A DNA stretch of 63,648 bases, filler included, from Callorhinchus milii (Eukaryota), in assembly GCF_018977255.1 (NCBI RefSeq). It is 2 parts of 2 records of this genome, joined end to end, with 100 filler letters (N's around TTAATTAATTAA, not from the genome) between each part and the next. Parts side by side here need not be neighbours in the genome. Positions count along the whole stretch, not along the records: positions 1 to 31,830 come from NW_024705609.1; positions 31,931 to 63,648 come from NW_024705610.1. One strand, given 5' to 3'. Both the position numbers and the translations under genes were made by a program. Position 1 is the first letter of the stretch. The number at the start of each line of letters is the position of its first letter. Below the pieces are notes generated by a model. It had not been told where the DNA came from and ran no database searches. It saw only the letters and a program-made list of their open reading frames with translations. This document shows positions 22,733 to 35,007 of this stretch, piece by piece.

Positions 22733-24238
22733 GACTGTCCCCAGATGATTTACTCGTCAGTTTCGATGTAATTTCTTTGTTCACCAAAGTACCTGTGCCC
22801 GATACCATTGCAATCATTGAAGACCTGTTCCAACAAGGATTGAATGCTGATGTACTGGCCCTGGTGAGACACTGCCTCACCAACACATACTTCACCTAGA
22901 ATGGAACATTCTACAAACAAACCCCAATGGGTTATCCATTATCTCTGGTTGTAGCCAATATTTTAATGGAAAATTTGAGACGGACACATTCCAGGCATCC
23001 ACTGTCGCTGTGGAAGAGGTATGTAGATGATACGTTTGTCATCTGCCACATAGCCGACTGGCTCTAAACCAATTCCTCAACCACATCAATTCCATACACC
23101 CAGCCATCAAATTCACCATGGAGGTAGAAAAGGATGGCATGCTACCTTTCTTGGATGTCCTAATCAAAAGAGACCAGATGGCTCAATGAGCCATTCTGTC
23201 TACAGGAAAGTAACCCATACTGACGCCTACCTAAAACCTGATTCCCACCACCATCCATCCCAGAAGAATTCCTCATCAAAACGCTACACCATAGAGCTCA
23301 ATGTATCTCCGACCATGAACACCTAACCAGTGAACTCAAACACGTACACCAAGCTCTCAAGGCGAATGGATATTCTGACTACACAATCCGCAAAGCCATC
23401 ACCCCAACCGTGAGGAAGGAGCCATCTGAGGATCCAATCAAAACCATCACCTGCCATACATAGCAGGGGTAACCAAAAATTTCCAAAATCATGAACAAAC
23501 ACAAGATCCAGGTCCGATTTAACACAGTACATAAAATTCGTGATCTGATCCCATCTGTGAAGGACAAGATTCCTGACATGCAATATCCCGGCGTCTACAA
23601 ACTAAGCTGTATCTGCGGCAGCAGTTACATTGGGGAAACTAAGCGACATGTCTCGGACCGTGTTCGTGAACATAAGGCAGATTTGAAACACGGTAGGACC
23701 AATACTTCTGCCGTGGCTGATCATTATTTTAATGCGGCTGGCTCACACGAAATGATTTCTCTAAGACGATGGTACTTTGCAAGCCTACTGGCTATCAACA
23801 AAGATTCGTTCATGAAGCCATCCATATATACACACAGACACAATTTCAACCGAGAGGAAGGTTATAGACTCAGCAATCATTGGAAAGATGTCATCAACCA
23901 CTTTGGGTCATGACTTGATTTGTGTTTTCTTGTCAACCTCCACCGTCAGCAGTGTGGTGTGTGGAGCGAGGTGCAATGCTTTGATTGGTGTAGACCTACT
24001 GCCGGTGTCGGAGCCTCTCCTACATTAACATTAGCTGCCCCGCCCATCTCTAAACCTTTATAAACAGCTTGCCTCAGAGGCTAACCTCCCTGTTCCTGAT
24101 GACGACGCTTGTGTTGCGATCGAAACGTCGTGATATTTGTATTCACTTTATTTTATTATTATTTAATTTTTTCTATCTACGTGACTTTACCGAAAGAACC
24201 ATAGAATATGAATTCCTGCAGTCACGAAAGTTTTAAGT
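22733..24238 (+). mobile_element. 5'-truncated degenerate Penelope-like retroelement with 3' pseudo-LTR and hammerhead motif
   Basis: Same RT/GIY-YIG peptide (ORF 23491..23913, GVYKLSCICGSSYIGETKR). Followed by a TATA-like site (~24058), hammerhead core (24096-24129) and terminal ...ctgcagtcacgaaag. Confidence 0.92.
24090..24135 (+). ncRNA. Minimal hammerhead ribozyme motif (partly decayed)
   Basis: CUGAUGA c gacgc-uuguguu-gcgauc GAAAC GUC gugau. Confidence 0.75.
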
Positions 24239-25279
24239 AAAAATTTACTATACACTACTATACATTACTATACACTACACTACTATACACTACAAATTGG
24301 GCTCTATGGAGGCCCGTCGTTAAGCGATTAGTCCTGAACTGGGGTGGTCGTCAAGACGGGTTCTACTCTACATCGTTAGCGCACAACTTTCCGCAGCATT
24401 AACTAGGGGAGGGGGGGTCGACCTGCCAGATTGGAACCGTGAACCCTGCTGCAAACAAAGCGTCAGAACCGCGTCACTGGCACCGATCCACTTATTTCTC
24501 GACGACGCCGCAATCATCCTTCAAGCGATGTCGTTTTATCCGCAAGTTGCGGTGCGCAAACTGGTCGGAGGTGTTTACCCTCGGCGGGCGCGGGGTTAGC
24601 GTTGTCCGTGGTACGCGCACGGTGGTAACGCGTGCACGGCTTTGTCTCGTCCGCTGCGTCTGTGTGTGGCCCACATAGAGAACCCGGCCGCCGCCAGCGG
24701 ACGCCAGAGGCTGCCGGCGGTGGCAACCGGAGGTGAGATGGGGGGGAACTCCATGCGTCGCCGCTCACCTGCATCACCTGCGTCACTTGCGTCACCTGCT
24801 CACCACTCACCTATGTCACCGCTAACCTGTATCACCGCTCACTTGCATCACCACTCACCGGCGTCACCGCTTACCTGTGCCACTGCTCACCTGCGTCACC
24901 TCTCACCTTTGGACAGGTACTACGAGGACCCAGAATCCTTTGCAGCGGTGCTTGCTGATGGCAGCCATGACCTTGGCCCTTGGCACGTGACATCGACCTC
25001 TGACCTCTCAACTCTACCCACCATCCCCCTCTTTCTACCCCTTTTTGAAAAAAAGAATTGAATTTACAAAATAATTCTAATTATGATGATAATAATAATA
25101 TATTGGTCTATATATTCATTAGGAGATGGAAGATATTTTTATTGTGTTTTAAGGTATGGAAAAATAAATGTTAAATTAAGCATTTTTTAAATGCAAGCAG
25201 GTGCACACACACACACATCTCTATACCCAGGGTACTTATACAGATACACACAGGGCTACTGAAATACCGTATACAAAGA

Positions 25280-26530
25280 CAGCTACACACACAAAGGCAA
25301 TGGTGCCCAGAATAGCCTGAACAGACTGTTGGGGCAAGTGCTGTTAGCAAGCCCGAAGTAGACCGACACGGCACACGAAAGGGTGGGTGTCCAACACCAC
25401 GCCCGGCCGCCTTTGTCTCCTCAGTAGTGATGTTTACACATTGCACTCGATATTCACTTAAGACTGAGTCGATTTAGGGGAGGCCCAAGACTGGTTCATA
25501 TAATTATCACTGGTGTTGGGCCGTGAGCAGGAATCGAACTTGGGTCGCTGGTTGGTAGGGCAGTGCTAGCCGCTACACTACCGTTACCCAAAGACACAGA
25601 TCCCCCGTATAGCCTTCACAGATTGTTGGGACAAGTGCTGTTAGCGAGCACCTATGAAGGCCAGCACGGCACACGAGGGGGTGGATGGCCAACACCACAC
25701 CTGGACGCCTTTGAGGCCGGGTCGACCTAGGGGAGGCCCAGGACCGGTTCAGATAATCGTCACTGGCGTTGGCCAAGAACGGGAATCTAACCCGGATTGC
25801 CAGGTTCGTAGCGCAGCGCGCTAACCGCTACTCTACCGCACCCCACCCCCACTGGTACACACACAAGTAACGCGAACATGTACGTCGACAGGTACATCCA
25901 TCGGTACACACACACAGATAAACGTATACACAGAGGCATGCGTGCACAGGTACCCACATACAGTTCAGTAAACATACTCATGGATACACACAAGGACACA
26001 TATATAGGTACACAGGTACAGGTGCATTATCACACAAAGGCGCACACACATATACGCAGAGGTACATACACATAGGTAGATATACGTGAATACACGTGCA
26101 TACACAGGTGTATCTAAACCCAGGTACACACATAGGTACATATACGCAGGTGTGTACATCACAACCCTCATCCAGGAGTGGATTGTCAAAAAGGTTATGC
26201 ATACTCACACACGTACACAGGTAAACCTTAACACAGGTGCACGTATCGACAATCGTTACACAAGTGCTGACTGGTACGTATACAACGAGGTACACACCGC
26301 CGGTACAACAAACAAAGACAAAGATCCCCCGTATAGCCTACGGCCGACTTTGTCTCCCTAGTGGCGATGTTTACACCCCACACCAGGTACTCATTTGCGG
26401 CTGAGTCGACATAGAGGAGGCCCATGACCGGTTCAGGTAATCGTCACCAGTGTTGGTTGTGAGCGGGAATCGAGCTCGGTGGCCGGGTTCCTAGCACACC
26501 ACCCTAACCGCTGGACCACCGCTCCCCCAT
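25280..26530 (-). mobile_element. Cluster of three tRNA-derived SINE copies (~25280-25580, 25590-25850, 26310-26530) with CA-rich low-complexity spacer
   Basis: Shared blocks ggggaggccca.gac.ggttca and ggaatcgaac..gg..gcc.ggtt, and heads ending ctaaccgct..accgc.cccc. Confidence 0.72.
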
Positions 26531-26873
26531 CCGCAGGTACACACAGGTGTACACAGGGTGGCCCAAAGAACGAACACACAGGGTTATTTCATTTATTGTA
26601 ACACTCGCATTAAAACGCTGCAATTGCTTATTTTATTTAAGATAACATATCAACTGTTATTCATATTTAAATGTTGTTATGCTGGTAGGTTCGCCTCGAA
26701 TCCGTTAACAAAACCTCGACGCCCCAAGAATCCTGAATGTATTGAGACGGAACATGAATGTTCAAAGATGATACCTTTAATCTTTGAAAAAAAAAAGTCT
26801 GAAATTTATTTGGAAAAATTGTTAGTGCATGCATTTGCGTTCATTGAAATCTGCTTGAACATTTGTTAAAATA

Positions 26874-27474
26874 TAGAGACTCATCTACTTACGAACATTC
26901 GACTTCTGACCTTTCAGAGATACGAACAAACCTGTCCGTATGTCCATTTGCCCGTTCGGACCGAGAATCATAAGTTCAACCGCCGTGCAATAGATGGCGG
27001 TAGTGGCATCTGCAGAATATGAAAAACAAGTGGCATCTACATCTGCAGAACGTGAAGAACCAGTGGCATCTAAATCTGCAGAACGTGAAGAACCAGTGAC
27101 ATCTACATCTGCATAACGTGAAGAACCAGTGGTATCTACATCTGCAGAACATGAAGAACCAGTGGATCTACATCTGCAGAACATGAAGAACCAGTGACAT
27201 CTACATCTGCTGAACGTGAAGAAGCAGTCGCATCTACATCTGCAGAACGTGAAGAACCAGTGGCACCTACATCTGCAGAATATGAAGAACCAGACGCATC
27301 AACGTCTGCAAAACATGAAGAACCAGTGACATCTACAGGAGATTATACAACTTTAAAGCCATTCCCCGTGTTTAGTGTACATGCCGTACAAAATGTTTGG
27401 AATCGACAGGAGTAAAGTTGGACTGACAAACAGACCCCAGGAACCAAACTCGTTCGTAAGTAGAGGAGTCCCTG
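26874..27474. mobile_element. Tigger/pogo-like MITE with internal 33-bp minisatellite expansion
   Basis: TIRs (t)agagactcatctacttacgaac / gttcgtaagtagaggagtccctg. Homologous to 29528-29834. Confidence 0.78.
27003..27337 (+). repeat. 33-bp minisatellite, about 10 copies
   Basis: Unit gcatctacatctgcagaacgtgaagaaccagtg. Confidence 0.92.
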
Positions 27475-28182
27475 CACATTAAATAACCCCATATGATGTG
27501 TTACAATAAATATAATAACCTATGTGTCCTGACTTTGGCCATGTACATGGTAGTACATACAATACTCATGGCAGGTACACACACAGGTATACACTGGTGC
27601 ACACCATAGTACTTGTCCAGGTGTATGCACACTCAGGAAGGTGTGTGTGTGTAGCTATGCGTGTACAACCCAAGGATGAACACAAATACGCGCGTACACA
27701 CGACATAACACATCGGGGGCATTGTGTTGTAACGTGTGTATACTGCATTTAGTGTAACGAGGTGAGAACTGTGAAGAGACCAGGTCGAGAGTTCTCGTTC
27801 ACAAGAGCGACCAGGGAGGCATGAGTGCTGCCAGTCCGGGACGATGATTGCTACTGCTGCTGCCGTCTGTGTACAATCTCAATTGTGCGGGGCATTTTTC
27901 TAATTTGGCAAAGTTTGAGTTGCTTGACAATCGGCGTGTCGCGAACATCCGCTGTGGCGCAGACAGCACCGCGTGTCTCGTGCCGTTGACATGCGCCGCA
28001 GTGCCGGACCAGGGGCGGCCCGCTCGATTCGAACCCCCGTGGATCTTTTGCACAGCAAGCAGCGGGCGCGCAAACTGCAGGCGGCCGTGCCGCCGCCCAC
28101 ACGGGAGAGTAGACCAAACATCCTCTTACTGGTAGGAACGAAGTGGACCAGCCTACAATAGATTATATCATCCGTCCGTTTG

Positions 28183-28702
28183 TCCGTGTAGCAACATCGC
28201 CCCCTACTGCAAACACTTGGCATGACCCTACAAAAACCTTTAGACTCCGTGACGCTTTCCTGGCTAAACAAGTGTAACATTCCCTTATAATTCCCTCAGA
28301 TAGCTTTTAATTAAAACTTTTAAATTAAAATTTAACTCACAGCGCCCTAAAGCCTACAGCTAGGCCTAAAGCCTCGAACTACGCCTCAAACGCTCCCTTC
28401 GTATCGTACCCCCGCGTGTGTGCAAGGGAGTTAATGTTTAACAATGTTACATTCCCTGATGTTTTTAAGTAGAAACATTTACATTTAAAGGTTTTACATA
28501 AATAATTAAAACATTTAAATTAAAAATTAACTCACAGCGGCCTAACGCCTACAGCTAGGCCTATAGCCTAGAACTAGGCCTCACACTCTCCCTTCGTATC
28601 GTCCGATTCGGTGTAGCAACATCGCCCCTGCTGCAAACACTTGGCAGGACCCTACAAAAACCTTTAGACTCAGTGGGGCTTTCCTGGCTAAACAAGTGTA
28701 AT
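28183..28702 (+). repeat. Local duplications in A-B-B'-A' order
   Basis: gtgtagcaacatcgcccc...ctggctaaacaagtgtaa at ~28185 and ~28611. taaattaaaa.ttaactcacagcg...cccttcgtatcgt at ~28321 and ~28516. Confidence 0.75.
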
Positions 28703-29019
28703 AATACATTATGTTTATATTCTTTGGTTATTCGTTCCTACCAGCCCACCCCGCAGGGTCCTGTTAAAAGATTTCGCTCTCGTAGAAAGTGTCCCCCTTC
28801 CACCAGCAGTGGCCGCGAGCGAGAACTTGCAGAAATGCTCCTTTACACTTTTGGACAGCCCCCCCCCAAACCTCCCCCGCTAGTGGCTGCATGGAAACCA
28901 ATTCCGGTGTTGTGCAGATTTCGTTTTCAAATGTTCTGGCCCTCGTGCGCAACGTCAAAATGACTTGGGAGTGGGAGGGGCTTTCTGAATAGTGAGCGGG
29001 GCTGCCCATAGGATTAATA

Positions 29020-29222
29020 GAGCATTTTTGTAAATATAAATATGTCGTTAAACCCGCCATACCCGACATGGCCGATTAGCAAGGTTTGTCACAAAAAAAC
29101 GTGCCAATTCGTTACGAGTACAGCAACACCAGTTGTGTGTTGGAGAGTAATCCCACGACATCCACAATTCGAGTACTGTGACGTTTTCGCCAGTAATGAC
29201 AACGAGCTCAGGTGACAGCCAG
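29020..29222 (-). mobile_element. Decayed copy of the second hammerhead-bearing repeat (homolog of 10925-11120)
   Basis: Reverse complement ggctgtcacctgagctcgttgtcattactggcgaaaacgtc aligns with 10925-10968 but has a core deletion. The downstream flank is also shared with ~31760-31830. Confidence 0.65.
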
Positions 29223-29527
29223 GAGGGGGTGGGGTGGTGGGGTTACCTGAGCAGTGGGAGTGGCCACCTCCTGGGGCATGTGAACGGGAGGCGAGGCCCT
29301 GTGTCCGGAAGTGGCGTCATAGTGCGGGGGGGGGGCTAGTGGCCGAGTGAGCGTGGCGATGTAAAAGTAGGGCGGGGTTTCACGCAGCGGGGGAGTGGGG
29401 TTGGCAGCTCGGGCCTCACGTGTCCCGGTTGAGACCTCCCAGAAATAGGGTTATGACCTCACACATGCGCGCGTGCGGACATTTAAACGCACACGAAACG
29501 ACAAAAAGACGCACGGGTATGCACACA

Positions 29528-29834
29528 CAGGGACTCCTCTACCTACGAACATTCTACTTACGAAATTTCAGAGATACGAACGCACCTGTCATTATGTCCA
29601 GTTGCCTGTTCGGACCGAGAGTCGTAAGTTCAACTGCCGCGCTATAGATGATGGTGGTGGCATCTGCAGAACGCGAAGAACCAGTGGCATCTACGTCTAC
29701 AGGAGATTGTACAACTTTTTAAAAGCCATTCCCCGTGTTTAGTGTACATGCCTTACAACGTGTTTGGGAATCAACAAATCGACTTGCGAACAGTCCTCTG
29801 GAACATAACTCGTTCGTAAGTAGAGGAGTCCCTG
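29528..29834. mobile_element. Tigger/pogo-like MITE
   Basis: TIR cagggactcctctacctacgaac / gttcgtaagtagaggagtccctg, followed by TA. Confidence 0.8.
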
Positions 29835-31830
29835 TACAACTACGCACGTGTTCACGCACCTTTCAGCCTGAACGAGTGCTGTATGCGAGCACCCATTAAA
29901 AGTGGCCCCACACGCCTTTTGTGATGGGCGTTGGAACCACCCGACCCTGACCACATCCGTCTCAGTCCATTACTGGTGTTGTTCATGATCCACAAACCAA
30001 CTGCTGTCACTCAACTGCTTGGCCTGGCGGTCCCCAACCACTCATTTGGTCAATGCTGGTTGCTGAAGGCGGGTGGGTGAGGGCGGTTGTGGAGCATGGA
30101 TGCGGACGCATAATACAGTACAACAGTGGATTCTGCTGTACATAGCTCCACAGCCTATAGCACCCTAAGTGGCTCAGCGGTTGAGAGTTATGACCCAGCC
30201 CGTCATTCCTTTCCGGGGTCGAGAAAATACGTACCACTTTGCGGGGGATTCAACGGCGGTTTTCCTATGAATAGACTCGTCCCCGCCATAAAGAATGTGG
30301 AATTGCCCCCCCCACCCCACTGACTCACAGCCGTTAACGGGAGACGAGCACATGGCATCATCATCTGCCCATTTGATCGGGAACTCACTTTCACTTTTTT
30401 TTACGAGACACGCGATATTAACTTTTTATGCGGGCAAGTCATTATTGCTGACGCTTTTAGTCGGCACACCTGGCTGCTAATTCGTGGGCTATCGGCCCCT
30501 GGTTGAACCCCCGCTCAGGGCCAGCAATGGCATCAAGGCGCTGAAGAGTGCTGAGGCCGGCACTGCTGCGATTATTATACTGTATATCCTTGGGTTCCAA
30601 TCCAGGTTACAGCCGGCCCTGATTATAGACCGGGTTCTCAAATGTAGCGATGAGTTAACGGTCTCAGCCCGGTCACCGGTGAGCACACAACAAAAACCAT
30701 CTGCACTTAATTTGAAGTGCCAACTCTGATTATAATTAGAATATTTCGTTCGATCGTCATGCAGTTAACTTTACTCTCATGGCAGAGCGGGCGTGAAAGT
30801 GCTGCCCCTCTACTGAGTGTGGACAAGAGTGTCACTTGAAGAAGGGATCTCTGAGGTATCTCTGTGATATCCGCTTCCGTGGGCCGTTCTATAGCCGACA
30901 CGCACAAAAGGCTGCTCTGCTGTGAGATTTCCGAATAGATTCTTTGCCTCGTGACGCCGATAGCAACACTGAATGACATTTTTGCGGGAAATTACGAAAT
31001 AGATAAGACATTGTTTATTCAACTTACTTTACGTGCTCCTGGGAGCCACTGTCATCGTAGTTACCACGAGCCACGGATCAATCCACTGCTGGATGAAGGT
31101 TTCTCCAGCCGACTCCATCCCTTATGATCCTGCGATGTAATGAGCAGAGTTCCTCGCTCCATCTCAACGGTGGACTTTATTTTCTCACGGCTGCCACTCC
31201 ATCATGAATTATTATTCTAGGCTAGGTGTGTACTGAGACCACCCCGTAGTGTATGGAAAGCTCTCGCTGCTGGAAAGAGGTCATAGGATAGACCCAGCAG
31301 GTGCCACGGGTTGATTGGCCTCGATGACCGGCAGATGCACAAGCTGCGTTCCCCAACTGTGCCACCTTGCTGCGTTTTAGCTGCCCGGCGCTCCGCTCGT
31401 TGTTGTGAGTGTCGCTTCTCTGCCCTCCGATCACAGCCTCCCTTCCCCCACTCCCACCACAAGCTGAGCTGCAGCACGGCTCTCTACATTTCCCGTGGTT
31501 CTGCGTGGTTGCTCACCTGGAGAAGAGTCAAGACGATTGGTAGGCGAGCAGGTGGGTCGCGTATGGTTGGGGTGAAGTGTGTAGACCGAAATAAACGCTG
31601 CAGAAGCTTCCCGTCTTAAAGCCTCCCTTCACAACTACCACCCCTCGAGTTGGTGGAGGCCCCTTCGGCCAGCAGTGGCGTAAACGAGCAATTGTACTGC
31701 TGCGCCTCTGACCCCTTGGCACACGTTGCGTTATCCATAATACAGGTTATTTTGGTTAGATCATGTAAATGTGTCGTTAAACCTGTCAGCACCCGACACA
31801 GCCGATCGGTAAGACTTGTCATGTAAACAA

Positions 31831-31930
31831 NNNNNNNNNNNNNNNNNNNNNNNNNNNNNNNNNNNNNNNNNNNNTTAATTAATTAANNNNNNNNNNNNNN
31901 NNNNNNNNNNNNNNNNNNNNNNNNNNNNNN
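31831..31930. other. Assembly gap with artificial TTAATTAATTAA linker
   Basis: 44 N + TTAATTAATTAA (31875-31886) + 44 N = 100 bp. Confidence 0.97.
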
Positions 31931-31974
31931 CTGCCCCCCTTTCCCCGACGAAAACAATTTATCTCCCTCACCAG

Positions 31975-32105
31975 ACGTGTGCTCGGACCGTGAGCTGACG
32001 GACATGGCGTCACGCCTCAAGGACTGGTTTCGTGTTCTGCACCAGCAAGCGGTCACCAATGCAGCGAGAGAAACTGGGGGCCACGCGCAGCCACGGACCC
32101 CACCG
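31975..32105 (+). CDS. SPOCK: Testican/SPOCK internal exon, start of extracellular Ca-binding (SPARC/EC) domain
   Basis: Acceptor ctcaccag at 31974 and donor CCG|gtgagt at 32106. Encodes VCSDRELTDMASRLKDWFRVLH, matching the testican C-x-D-x-EL-x-x-x-ASRLKDWF motif. Paralog (SPOCK1/2/3) not assignable. Confidence 0.9.
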
Positions 32106-33680
32106 GTGAGTGCCTGTGGGGGAGGGGGGGTTGGGGGAAAGGGAGTGGGGAAGCTACAACTGAATCCTTAGCCATAAGGGCAAGAGGATGAATAGGCAAA
32201 GGCATCACATCAAACAGTGACATCGTTTGGTTCGCATGGGCCCTGGTGCAAGACATAAAATGGGTCTTCCTGTATGCCTCGCCTCCCTTCTACATACCGC
32301 AGTGCCAGTGCCCCTCCAGCCTGTGGGCATTGGCGCAGTTACACAGCCTGCACACTCCACTGATTGTCAAAGTGTCTTTATTTCAATGTAGTGTGGGGTG
32401 GCATTCATCTCCGTCGGTGGCCCTGAGCGAGCATCGGAGATCACACATGCCTATCAACAAGGGCCAGTCTCTCCATAAGGGAATCGCTCTTGACGTTCCC
32501 AAAAGTAGTACTTATTTGATTGAGCCTGTGGAAATGATGCATTGAGTAAATTTCTGAATTTAAATTGAACTTGAGACCTTTCCGATTGAGAGTTCAGAAC
32601 TAAATACAACAGAAGAGTCTAATTTGCAAGTGACCTTGCGTAGGTGACAAGTGAGTGCAGACAACACGAAAATATACCTGCAGTGGGGTATTTTGGAAAA
32701 TTATAATAAAATTATAATGTATGCAATCCCTCCATTCACATGAGTGTAAAAAGATAGAAACATTGTAGTTTTGCACGAATGGCTCAATGCAACAAAATAT
32801 TTATTAACTAAGTTTAAATGAATCTGCATTTAATTTATTGTAATTTTGACATGTTGAATGCTCAGTGATCTAAATGCAAAAATCGTTATTTCCTTGATTA
32901 TTTTGTGTTTTTTTGATGTCTCATTTACCTAAAATGTTAAAAGATGTCATGTGCTAATTATGATTCACTCAAAATAACACCAAAGCACAAAATTACATTT
33001 CTACCAAGGCTGAAATTTATTCCAAGACATAAAAAAACTAATATTCACACTCTCTTCAAGATTAAATTAACAAACTGACAGCCAGTATATCAAGCGAGAC
33101 TATGCTTTGTAACAAAATAAAATTGTATTGCCTGGAGCTCAGGGTCAGCACATAGCTGTTCAACCCTCTGTCATAATTTTTCACATTTTATACATTTTTA
33201 TTTGTGGGTTGTTGTGAGCTGATGTCATGACGTCTCGTGTCTGTAGTTTAACCTAAAGTCTGGAACTATCAATTATCTTGTACCACCCTCATCCATACCT
33301 CAATATATGCCAAGTAGCCTCTCCACAACCCACCCAACAAACTATGCACTACATTTCCATGCACTAGCCTGCCCACTATCCACCACCGCATAACCCAATC
33401 CTTACAAACGACCCTAGTCACTACCTACCTACCAACCACCTTCGCAACTACTCATACACGACTCTACCCACTACCCATCACTCTGTCCACTACCGACCTA
33501 CCACCCTACACACTATCCATCCACCACATTATATACCAACTTCAAGACACCACTCACCACCACCAAACACACATACCAATCATTCTACTCACAACCTATA
33601 AACCATTTTATCCACTGGCTACCCACTACTTTAACTTCTGCCTATCTGCCACATATAACACTACCCCTGCACATAATTAT

Positions 33681-34622
33681 CAGTCCCTCCAGAAAAACGC
33701 GGAGTTTTTTGGTGATTGTTGCGGGTAAAAATCGTTGATTATGCGGCACGTTTTCTTAAAAAATGCGATGGAATATGCGGGATATTTATGCAATTTTATG
33801 CGATTAAATTGCGGGAACTTGCAAAAATTGCGGGAACTTGCAAAAACTGCGGTTTGATGAAAAAGAGAAAAAAAGTGATTCCCACAACACCCTATTCACT
33901 AGGCTACTACTTTAATGTAAAGAGTCATTTCTTATTACTTCCTATGATAAGCAAGCATACTACATCACAGAAAGTGCTGGGAATATTTAAGTTCTCATCT
34001 TGTTTTATTTCAGACCTTAACAAACAGATGGCTCAAACTTACAAAACATTGAGTCGAACAAGTTCTGTAGCTTTACAAAATGAATATGCTACAACTTCTG
34101 TAAAAATGAATAAATAAAATATTAAAAAATAAAATGTGTGCTTCCTGTTTTACAGAGGTAGCTATACAAAACAGACATCTTCTGTTAAAATAAGTGTTTT
34201 CAGTGCACAGTAACGTAAGCAATACAGTAACAGTACAGTCTTACAGTAATGTAAATTTACATACTACTAACAAAAAGTGCAATCTTACAACTGTAAAGTT
34301 GCATAAACTCCTGAATAAAACTAACTACGTAGCCTCTAACACTTCATAACGTTCCCATGGCAACAGGGGAAATGGCTGCGCTTGTGTGAAGTAAACGCAA
34401 CATTTTTCAACTTTCTGCTAAGATATATGTGACTTTTTGCAACGAAAATGCGGAGATTATGAAATCATGCAAGCCCGCATATTTTGCGCGCGGAAATCTG
34501 CAATTTATGCGGCGAAAGTGCGGCGTATTTGAAAAAACGCGCCCCCCGCATAAATATGCGGACTTTGGCTGATTTTGCGTGGAACCTTGCGATCGCATAA
34601 TCGCGTTTTTCTGGAGGGACTG
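33681..34622. mobile_element. Non-autonomous DNA transposon (CAG termini, hAT-like), 6-bp TSD
   Basis: TIR cagtccctccagaaaaacgcg / cgcgtttttctggagggactg, with aattat directly on both sides. Confidence 0.82.
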
Positions 34623-34862
34623 AATTATTAATGCACCACTTTATCCAGTACGGAATTAGCTAATGCCCAAGTTATAAGCCAGACACTCACATAATAGATA
34701 ATTTGCCCAATCAGTTTTCTTATTATATAAACGTGATGCTAATACTGCATAGCTTTATGGCATTAACCTCAACGTGCCTTGGATTAAAACGATCATATGC
34801 GTTGATTATGGCAGTTTTGTTTCTTCCATGCAGCAATGCCTATTTTGCAAGAAACGGTTATA

Positions 34863-35007
34863 TTCTTTGGGTTTTTCGGTAAAGTCACGTAGATAGGTTC
34901 AAACAAAATAACAAAAATAACACATTTTATTTTCTTTGAACCTATCAATGTGAATTTACCAAAAGACCCAAAGAATATGAATTCCTGCAGTCACAAAAGC
35001 TTTAAGT
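34863..35007. mobile_element. 145-bp self-inverted Penelope 3'-end mini-insertion with 15-bp target-site duplication
   Basis: Minus-strand pLTR end joined to plus-strand pLTR end. Flanked by caagaaacggttata (34848-34862) and caagagacggttata (35008-35022). Confidence 0.85.

Noticed and set aside
27194..27415. ORF with ASTSAEREEPV repeats
   Set aside because: Translation of the 33-bp minisatellite inside a non-coding MITE.
31875..31886. TTAATTAATTAA as a biological motif
   Set aside because: It is centred in a 100-bp N gap and is a six-frame-stop scaffolding linker.
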